A DNA stretch of 64,000 bases, from the IMG/VR virus record IMGVR_UViG_3300033498_000048, positions 192,001 through 256,000 of that record; one strand, given 5' to 3'. The notes beneath the pieces are model-generated. The model was not told the DNA's origin. It ran no database searches and was given only the letters and a program-made list of their open reading frames with translations. How positions within the stretch are numbered: the first letter of the stretch is position 1; each line of letters opens with the position of its first letter. This document shows, piece by piece, positions 56,859 through 64,000 of this stretch. Source of the DNA: a virus. Taxonomy: Duplodnaviria; Caudoviricetes. A program made the translations under genes and the position numbers.

Positions 56859-57453
56859 TGTTAAAAACATTAGGGTAAAATCATTTAATGAATATTTAAT
56901 GGAAAACAGTCCAATAATTAGAACTGAGTTAGACAAAGAAATACATTCTAACACAGCAACAAGCCAATTAAATGATATTCCAATTCCATCAATGAAAGAT
57001 GCAAAAAGTGGAGATTATAAAAAAAGCAGAATTAAAATAAATGGACTAATCATTGATATTGAAAATCCGTATGGTTCAGTTAGAAAAGGCATTAGCTCAA
57101 ATGGCGAATCGTGGGAAATTACGTTATCAGATAATTATGGTGAAATTAAGGGGTATGATGCTGCTGATGGAGATTATTTAGATATTTTCATTCGTCCACA
57201 TATGACACAAAAACAAGCAGATAATTTAAATGTCATTTATGTGATAGACCAATTGGATCCAACTACACATGGATTTGATGAACATAAAGTCGTATTTGGG
57301 TATGAAACAATCGAGGAATCTAAACGTGCATATCTAGCCAATTATAAATCAAATTGGACTGGATTAGGATATATCACTCCATTAACTATGACGATGTTTA
57401 AATATTGGATTAAAAATGAAGACTTAACACAACCATTAGTTTGGGGTAAATAA
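56851..57453 (+). CDS. Inorganic-pyrophosphatase-fold domain protein of the type seen in phage polyvalent proteins
   Basis: IDIENPYGSVRKG; YGEIKG...ADGDYLDIFI; VIDQ; FDEHKVVFGY; AYLANY. Confidence 0.8.
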   Translation: MVNVKNIRVKSFNEYLMENSPIIRTELDKEIHSNTATSQLNDIPIPSMKDAKSGDYKKSRIKINGLIIDIENPYGSVRKGISSNGESWEITLSDNYGEIKGYDAADGDYLDIFIRPHMTQKQADNLNVIYVIDQLDPTTHGFDEHKVVFGYETIEESKRAYLANYKSNWTGLGYITPLTMTMFKYWIKNEDLTQPLVWGK

Positions 57454-57834
57454 ATGTTTAAATCATTCAATGACTTCATACGATTAGAAGATACGAGCTT
57501 TCATTCAATAATGGCAAGGAACATAAAACCCACCAAACAAAAAACAGTTGATTTTGATGATATTAGCACTGGTTCAACCGTTAGATTAGTTGATATTGGA
57601 AATTACTTTTTATTAACTGGATTAGAAACACCTCCAGAAAATAGGGGTAAAGGTGGTGCTAAAAAAGTTATGCAACAGGCAATTCAATATGCGATTGATA
57701 ACGAAAAGAACATAGAATTATCGGTTATTCCTGACGATGATACAGACACTGAAACCTTAATAAAATTGTATTCTAGTTTTGGATTTAGAAAAACAGGACA
57801 ACCACATAACCATATGCGTTATATTACAATATGA
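57454..57834 (+). CDS. GNAT-family acetyltransferase
   Basis: LETPPENRGKGGAKKVM (acetyl-CoA motif A); LIKLYSSFGF. Confidence 0.85.
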   Translation: MFKSFNDFIRLEDTSFHSIMARNIKPTKQKTVDFDDISTGSTVRLVDIGNYFLLTGLETPPENRGKGGAKKVMQQAIQYAIDNEKNIELSVIPDDDTDTETLIKLYSSFGFRKTGQPHNHMRYITI

Positions 57835-58247
57835 AATCATTTAAAGAATATACAAACAATCCGATATTATATCACGGAACAACATCAAACTTCGATTTTG
57901 ATAAAGGTTTAATGGCAGGTGGAAATAAACAAACAACGTCCAACTTTAATGCCAGTAATGGTGAAATTTGGCTAACTTCAAATAGGGAAGTTGCGTTTGA
58001 GTATGCTATGATTGCATGGAAAACACTACAAAACTTTTCATTAACGCCGATTTTGATACAAGTTGATATTGATGTTAGCTTATCAGCAGACCAACCTATA
58101 GAACATGACCAAGTAGCGTTTTGTTTTGAATTAGATGTTATTCCAAAAAGTAAACTAAAGATGGTAAAGTTGACTCAAGCAGAATTAGCTAATTTCAAAA
58201 AACGATATGACCGAGAACTTAAAAATGGAAAATCAAAATTCAATTGA
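57831..58247 (+). CDS. ADP-ribosyltransferase-like protein
   Basis: ILYHGTTS; IWLTSNREVAFEYA; ILIQVDI. Confidence 0.6.
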   Translation: MKSFKEYTNNPILYHGTTSNFDFDKGLMAGGNKQTTSNFNASNGEIWLTSNREVAFEYAMIAWKTLQNFSLTPILIQVDIDVSLSADQPIEHDQVAFCFELDVIPKSKLKMVKLTQAELANFKKRYDRELKNGKSKFN

Positions 58248-58302
58248 TTTTCGTATGGTGTTTGTGTTATAGTACATAAAACATCATACTAATCACAACA
58301 TT

Positions 58303-58536
58303 ATGAAATCAAAACTAACCCAAGCTAAAGAATTATTTGACACAGGAAATTTGAATGGATGTTTAAAGATAGTTAAGACTTTTAGGTTAAGTTTAACTAA
58401 AGATGATTTGAAGGTGGTTTCCAGAACATATGAAATGCTGACAGGAAACCACAATTTTTACAATTCATTGGGCTTTGATGTGGACACTGAATTAGCTAAA
58501 GCTAACCAAATTTTGACCACAGTATTTAAATTGTGA
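58303..58536 (+). CDS. Hypothetical protein
   Basis: 77-aa ORF. Confidence 0.6.
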   Translation: MKSKLTQAKELFDTGNLNGCLKIVKTFRLSLTKDDLKVVSRTYEMLTGNHNFYNSLGFDVDTELAKANQILTTVFKL

Positions 58537-58773
58537 TTATTTGTCAACTTTATTTTCAATGAACTTTTGTACAGCTTTAGGTGCGAATGCTGCTAATAAG
58601 AACCCAAATGTCAAATATAATCCAACATCTGAATTGCTAGTGATGTGAACAATCGACATTTTCAAGGTTAAATATCCGAAAACGATTGATGCGATTAATG
58701 AAATAAACGACATCAGCCTCATTGAACTGTGGTTTCCGTTATCTTCTTGGAAGAATCCAATCTTTCTATACAT
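58537..58773 (-). CDS. Two-TM membrane protein (holin-like)
   Basis: SSMRLMSFISL...; two hydrophobic helices; KAVQKFIE tail. Confidence 0.6.
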   Translation of the reverse strand: MYRKIGFFQEDNGNHSSMRLMSFISLIASIVFGYLTLKMSIVHITSNSDVGLYLTFGFLLAAFAPKAVQKFIENKVDK

Positions 58774-58819
58774 AAATAGAGTTCCGTTAATATATTATAT
58801 AATTTTATTATTTATTATA

Positions 58820-60019
58820 TTAACTATTTAACTTTTGAAAAAATTGCAACAAATCTTCTTGTAATACTGAACATGGAATAGGATATTCAATATTATCAAG
58901 AAAATTGAGTTTAATATCTTGATTACAATCTGGTATAACTAAATCGAATAGTTTTCCAGCCAATACATAATCGAAATATTTAAATTCCAATGTATAATCA
59001 ATCCTACCTTTACGCAATAGGGCATCATCTAACTTAGTGTGGAAGTTGCTAGTCATTATAACTATAACATCTTCTTTACTATACAATCCGTCCAACACAT
59101 TCAATAGTGTAGATAAACTAACTGAATTGGTTAGACCAGCATTAGTTGAATTAATGTCCCGTTTTAATACACTATCACACACGGCATCAATGTCTTCTAA
59201 CAAAACAATTGAATCAGATGGAATATCAATAAACGCTGTAATAATTGACGAGTCAGTTAATGTTTTCAAATTGATTGAATAAATTGATTTTTTATATAAT
59301 GATGCTAATGCTAACACTAAACTCGTTTTACCAGTTCCAGGTGGACCAGTAAACAAATATCCCCTTTTATATAAAATTCCTCTATCTAAGTACCATTGTT
59401 TATTAATGTAGAAGTGTTCTATATCATCAAGCAACGATTGCTTATCATTATCTGGTAATACAATTGATTTAATATTGCGATAGTTCCTAGATGCAATTAT
59501 TCGCCATTCAGTAACATATGTGTGTATTGAAACTTGATTTCGACTTTTAGTTAAAACAGCAGCAACGAAATCATCAACTATATTTGGATCCCTACGAAAT
59601 AGAAAATACATTGTTATATCTTCAGGAGCTTTAAACATTCCAGTAGTTCGATTCGCCAATACTTTATAAAACAAAACTGGACGGTGTTTATACCAAAACC
59701 AATGTAACCCAGTTGAAAATGTAATATTACCAACATTTCCATGATAACCTGAAACATAATAATCATACAATTGAAGCCTTCTTGTATTAGATAGTAATCT
59801 ATTTTTTTCAATCCACAAACAAATATCATCAAACATATCGGTATTATTCCTAACCAACACTTCAACAGATAAAAAGTAAATTACCATTCGTTTTATTTGT
59901 GTTGGAATACCTTTTAACACATAAATCGCATATCCACATAGTGTAGCAACAACAGCACCAGAACTAAACATATTTGTTTGTACTTGATAGACTATCCATT
60001 CATAAACTTGTATCACCAT
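58820..60019 (-). CDS. BCS1-like AAA ATPase
   Basis: N-terminal TM, GLHWFWYKHRP (BCS1_N-like), WYLDRGILYKRGYLFTGPPGTGKTS, LLEDIDA, LSTLLNVLDG, LLRKGRID. Confidence 0.9.
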   Translation of the reverse strand: MVIQVYEWIVYQVQTNMFSSGAVVATLCGYAIYVLKGIPTQIKRMVIYFLSVEVLVRNNTDMFDDICLWIEKNRLLSNTRRLQLYDYYVSGYHGNVGNITFSTGLHWFWYKHRPVLFYKVLANRTTGMFKAPEDITMYFLFRRDPNIVDDFVAAVLTKSRNQVSIHTYVTEWRIIASRNYRNIKSIVLPDNDKQSLLDDIEHFYINKQWYLDRGILYKRGYLFTGPPGTGKTSLVLALASLYKKSIYSINLKTLTDSSIITAFIDIPSDSIVLLEDIDAVCDSVLKRDINSTNAGLTNSVSLSTLLNVLDGLYSKEDVIVIMTSNFHTKLDDALLRKGRIDYTLEFKYFDYVLAGKLFDLVIPDCNQDIKLNFLDNIEYPIPCSVLQEDLLQFFQKLNS

Positions 60020-60573
60020 TAGTAATTCCGTTTCTTTATTTTAATAATATCAATATCATTACCACACGATACGATGTGATTTCCAGCTGCTAATATTGCC
60101 ATTTTTAATTTATCATTTGTATTCAATTGTGTTTCAATATTTGTTAATACAAATAAAGCTCCTTCGGCAGTGATACCTCCACTACCAATTGCAGTGTAGG
60201 GTGAATTTAGTTCACATACTGACCAATCATCTTGGATTTCAAATATCTTTGACCGATAACAAATTATATAGTTACCACAACGCCCTTTACTATCGTTTTC
60301 AGTATATTTGTGTAATTCCAAACACCTGCGAATTTCTGGAATTAAATCTTGTATCATATAATCAATTGGGTTGCCTCTTGTGTCTTTTGGTAGTTCTAAA
60401 TGGTGGCTAATAATTTGTGTTGCTCTTAATGAACCCATAGAGCCTATTAACATTTTTCCTATTTTAAATACCTTTGAATGAACTAAAGTTGACCCAACAT
60501 GACCATTTGATATTAGTCGGTCTCCACCTAAATATAAGTGTGTTTTGTCCATTAATGCTGCTATACACGTCAT
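60019..60573 (-). CDS. Ntn-hydrolase, HslV/proteasome-beta-like peptidase
   Basis: N-terminal MTCIAA (Thr1 after Met removal); GGDRL; KVFK; IGSMGS; AIGSGG. Confidence 0.78.
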   Translation of the reverse strand: MTCIAALMDKTHLYLGGDRLISNGHVGSTLVHSKVFKIGKMLIGSMGSLRATQIISHHLELPKDTRGNPIDYMIQDLIPEIRRCLELHKYTENDSKGRCGNYIICYRSKIFEIQDDWSVCELNSPYTAIGSGGITAEGALFVLTNIETQLNTNDKLKMAILAAGNHIVSCGNDIDIIKIKKRNY

Positions 60574-60591
60574 ATAATCTCCTTATAATTG

Positions 60592-60659
60592 TTTTAAAAT
60601 AATAGCACTTGGAACAGTCTTATAATTAACTAACTGTTCCAAGTGCTAACCTGTTGATA
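60592..60659. repeat. 68-bp inverted-repeat unit, intergenic
   Basis: ..atagcacttg-N28-caagtgctaacctgttgat. Confidence 0.8.
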
Positions 60660-60660
60660 T

Positions 60661-61794
60661 TTACTTAATTAGTCCACGAATTAAAGATTCAAACTTACGA
60701 ATTTCTAGCTTTCTCAAATAAGCTGGAATATCTGTAATAGCACCCTTTTGATATGCAAAAACTATTCCAGATAAGTTTTGATTATCTTTCATTTTTAAGC
60801 CAAGTTCTTTTCCAGTTAATGTTTTAGTGTATTCAATAAGCGTGTCTAGTTTCTGTTGTAATCGCTTGTACGCTGTTTTTATGGTTGAGTGTAGCACTGT
60901 ATGCTCTTTGTACTTATCGAGCGATAGGAACGATTTGTGTGAGTTTGTACGCACTATTTCACACATTCTACGGAAATTGTCTTTATCTATTTGTGATTTT
61001 CGTTTGATGTATTCCTCATTTGATATGAATTTAGAAGTCCGCAACAGATTAATATTGTCGTATTGTGGACTCTTTATTTTCAACCGATTAAAATTAGAAT
61101 CACACGCAACATAACCTTCCATCTTAATTGGGTCAACCTCATTTAATTCCAATAAAATATCATTCAAGGTTGATTTTTTACCAGTTGCACATTCCCATGA
61201 AATACACAATTCACGTTTAGCACGTTCAATTGACACCTCTTTAAAAGTTTTAAGATTGCGAACACCAATAAGGGTAATGTTAGGTTCTGATACTTTAACC
61301 AAAAAGTCTTCTGATGGACGTTCCATTTCAAACATATAACAATGGTCTGTAAACTTTGGTAATTCGTATTTTTTCAACTTCCAAACTTTCCAGAAATAAT
61401 CATTCATTGTAATATCTAAACCCTTAATTTGTCCAGACGCATCAGGCATACCTTTAGATGCTACATTCCATTTTCCATCATACCAATACAATGTCATCAA
61501 TGAACCATCTAACTTTTTCCAATATGTACAATCATCAAAATCGAAAGTTTGTTTTCCCATTGGATTATAATCACTAAACCTAGTAAACGGAAATGATACA
61601 ACCTTCATTGTATTAGTATCAATTATTAATCCCCTACAATTATTAGTTATGTCATTCTTTGGTGTTTCCAATTGGTCATACATCAATTGTACTAAATTTG
61701 GATATAATATATGTCTACGCATTTTTAATGAATATGTAGCAACTAATGTTTCCAATGAATTTTTAATAATGTAATCAATAACGTTTAACATCAT
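60661..61794 (-). CDS. rnlA: RNA ligase 1 (T4 RnlA family)
   Basis: CRGLIID; FPFTRF; KKLDGSL (adenylation motif I); YMFEM; EGYV; RLKIKSPQY. Confidence 0.9.
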   Translation of the reverse strand: MMLNVIDYIIKNSLETLVATYSLKMRRHILYPNLVQLMYDQLETPKNDITNNCRGLIIDTNTMKVVSFPFTRFSDYNPMGKQTFDFDDCTYWKKLDGSLMTLYWYDGKWNVASKGMPDASGQIKGLDITMNDYFWKVWKLKKYELPKFTDHCYMFEMERPSEDFLVKVSEPNITLIGVRNLKTFKEVSIERAKRELCISWECATGKKSTLNDILLELNEVDPIKMEGYVACDSNFNRLKIKSPQYDNINLLRTSKFISNEEYIKRKSQIDKDNFRRMCEIVRTNSHKSFLSLDKYKEHTVLHSTIKTAYKRLQQKLDTLIEYTKTLTGKELGLKMKDNQNLSGIVFAYQKGAITDIPAYLRKLEIRKFESLIRGLIK

Positions 61795-61966
61795 AACCTC
61801 GTTTAGTTTGTTTAGGAAGGAACAGCACCTAAGCTATTACAGTCTTTGTAAAATATCTCAATGCGTTTTTTATTTGCATAATCATCTGCAACGTATAATA
61901 ACAATACTACACACAAATTAGTTCTACCAACTCTTGTTTTCTATATACCACATAACACCTCTTTAA

Positions 61967-62191
61967 TTAAAGTCTTCTAAAGTTGGAACATTTAACTGCG
62001 TGTGTTCCATCCAAGTAATGCTTTAGAACTGGCTTCATTTTTTTAAATTCTAAATGACTACAATTCACAATACTATCAATACAATTACAACACATTTCAC
62101 CATCTGGAAAATACTCAGGTAGTGTTCTATCAATGTAATTACCATCTCCAATTGTTTGATTACCCTCAAACACAAATTTAAGTTTTCTCAT
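61967..62191 (-). CDS. Small Cys-rich hypothetical protein
   Basis: 74 aa, CCNC..C..C, downstream of a consensus sigma70 promoter. Confidence 0.55.
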   Translation of the reverse strand: MRKLKFVFEGNQTIGDGNYIDRTLPEYFPDGEMCCNCIDSIVNCSHLEFKKMKPVLKHYLDGTHAVKCSNFRRL

Positions 62192-62220
62192 AATGTAATT
62201 CCACGAATATCAATTTAGTA

Positions 62221-62249
62221 ATTATAAATGTACACACTAACAATGTCAA
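62221..62249 (-). promoter_or_regulatory. Consensus sigma70 promoter abutting the first repeat unit
   Basis: Minus strand TTGACA-17-TATAAT. Confidence 0.8.
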
Positions 62250-62824
62250 TCAATAAGTTAGCATTAAGTAATTAATAATAGCGTCCAAGTGCTATCTTAT
62301 TGATATTATTAGTGTATGACTACTCCAACTAAATCAACGACTTAGCACTTGCATAGAGTATTAGTTATATAACCGTTCTAAATGCTAACCTATTGATTTT
62401 GTTACATATCACCTAAAATATTAAGAATCAACAAGTTAGCACTTGTAGCCATTAGGTAATTAATAACACCATCCAAGTGCTAAGTCATTGATTTTGTATA
62501 ATTGACAAGAATGTATGGATTTAACCGTAAATCAACAAGATAGCACTTGCAGCTTGGTATTAATTATATAACTGTTGCAAGTGCTAACTTATTGATTTTG
62601 TTATTGGCTATTAAAACAATTAAGAATCAAGTGGTTAGCACCTATTGGTATCAAGTGGTTACTATTGTCAATAAATTGAGTAAAATGACCTAGTAATTAC
62701 AGTTACACTACAAACAATAGGTTAGCACTTGCAGTGTGTTATTAATTACTTAATGGCTACAAGTGCTAACTTATTGTTTTATATACAACACATAAACACA
62801 CCTAAATCAATGACTTAGCACTTG
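62248..62824. repeat. Array of inverted-repeat units: five complete, plus two left arms
   Basis: Units at 62248-62305, 62332-62398, 62426-62493, 62530-62597 and 62712-62779; lone arms at about 62626 and 62805-62824. Confidence 0.9.
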
Positions 62825-62889
62825 GACGGATTAGCTGAAATTGGTAAACAACATAAATACCATTTTAGTTAAATTAGGGGATACAGATT

Positions 62890-63469
62890 ATGTTACTAAG
62901 TTTTAATGAATATTTGTTATCTGAGGCATACATTAACCTGATAGGTGATGACGCTAAAAAACAAAACTACGTTGATGCTGTTTGGAATATGTTACAAATA
63001 TCTTATGAGAGGATTGGTGGAATACATGATTATGGGTTTAAAGATAAACAGAATATGATTACCAATATAAATTTTTGGAAATAGCTACTAAAGATGGTAA
63101 ACCTGTAGCAGTTGCAATGTATAAAGATTCTGGAGGCAGAAAAAATTAGTTGCGTATGGAACTGATAAGTCCACAGTAGGAAAAGCAAAGATAGTTGATA
63201 TTATTAAGGCAGATATGACCAGAAGTTATATGGAACTATCTGGTGCAACTGTGACAATATTAATGAATAACATTGAGTGGAATCAATTGAAAGATTATAC
63301 ATTCACTCCAGAGCAAGCTGAAAAATTGCTAGGAAAGGATATTACACCAATAAGTCAACTACCATCAATTCCATAAGATGCGAAATTAACGTTGGCATTG
63401 TTTGAATATGGGTACATAAGAAAGATTGGTAGTGATTTACATTTTAAAGTTATGTTTGGTAAAATCTAG
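62890..63469 (+). pseudogene. Internal-head-like gene broken by two frameshifts and an in-frame TAA
   Basis: MLLSFNEYLLSE...NFWK, then IATKDGKPVAVAMYKDSGGRK, then LVAYGTDK...PSIP*DAKL...VMFGKI*. The shifts fall in A-runs. CATAAATA at 62852-62859. Confidence 0.65.
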
Positions 63470-63990
63470 CATCTGTCCGATGGTATATTCCAGTGTTTCA
63501 TAAAAGTCTTTAATGATATTTAATACGGGTGAAATGTTACTAAACCTATGGTTTCCACCATTAAATACAATTGTTCTAAATGAATTGCTATATCTGTTGT
63601 TTGTAGTAATTGAATTAATTAACTCATCACCTAGGTTTAGTAATAAAAGACCAATTCCAGTTGATTTAAATTGGTCTTTATAAAATTGTATCTGGTATGC
63701 ACAATTCAAACAAAGTAATATTAGGTTCAATTGCTGGATTTAACATAACAAATGGAATATCTAAAATATTACCTAATCTGTTTGCATAGAATCCCACCCA
63801 TTGAAGTTCCGACCAACAAGTCGGGCTTCATGTCTATTATTGCAGATTCAAGCATTGTTGTAATGTGTTCTATGGAATTAGAATAATCTATTGTAACTCC
63901 ACAAACATCTCCAATAGCCATTAAAGACTTCACTTTATCGCTACTTTGGTCATAAAACGAACCATAGCCATGAATGTACATTATTTTCAC
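63437..63990 (-). pseudogene. YqiA/UPF0227-type alpha/beta-hydrolase (esterase) broken by two frameshifts
   Basis: YIHGYGS...GTSMGG, then FYANRLG...MLNPAIEP, then LLLNLGDE...GGNHRF, read in three different frames. Confidence 0.7.
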
Positions 63991-64000
63991 TTAAAACTCG

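Noticed and set aside
62248-62824. Possible CRISPR array
   Set aside because: The repeats alternate in orientation as inverted arms, are degenerate, have an irregular period and also occur as isolated units. No cas genes are present in the window.
62824-62850. tRNA-like 5' fragment GGACGGATTAGCTGAAATTGGTAAAC
   Set aside because: No anticodon arm, T-arm or acceptor partner is visible. A tRNAscan-SE/ARAGORN run would settle it.
62890-63469. Stop-codon reassignment (TAG or TAA read-through)
   Set aside because: The core genes are full length under code 11. The breaks here are mostly frameshifts, with a single in-frame TAA.

Overview
AT-rich segment of a large T4-like myovirus genome. The minus strand carries the virion operon: gp25, gp6, gp7, gp8, a DUF4815-type giant protein, a fibritin-like protein, gp13, gp14, gp15, terminase, gp18, gp19, gp20, gp21, gp22 and gp23. 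Plus-strand accessory blocks with sigma70 promoters interrupt it. The main discovery is that the large terminase is encoded in three separate pieces. Piece 1 (30924->30177) contains an unannotated 310-nt group I intron inside the Walker A motif; only after splicing does it read RQMG-K followed by a short 39-aa split-intein N-fragment. Its partner IntC sits 14 kb away at the start of piece 2 (16299). Piece 2 ends in a second short IntN, which is fused to a degenerate copy of the ATPase, and pairs with the IntC at the start of piece 3 (14934). One RNA cis-splicing event and two protein trans-splicing events would rebuild a ~534-aa TerL. Other highlights: (1) a TET/JBP + aGPT-Pplase + P-loop kinase base-hypermodification cluster coupled to piece 2; (2) a dispersed 68-bp inverted-repeat element with a mostly fixed 28-bp spacer, found next to a primase/origin-binding-helicase gene and in an array at 62.2-62.8 kb; (3) about 14 ORFs sharing a T4 internal-protein-like N-terminal motif and carrying kinase, ART-like, GNAT, PPase-like or AAA domains; (4) MetRS, RNA ligase, an HD hydrolase and a BCS1-AAA/HslV-like pair; (5) several frameshifted accessory genes. 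All family assignments come from motif recognition by eye; no database searches were run.
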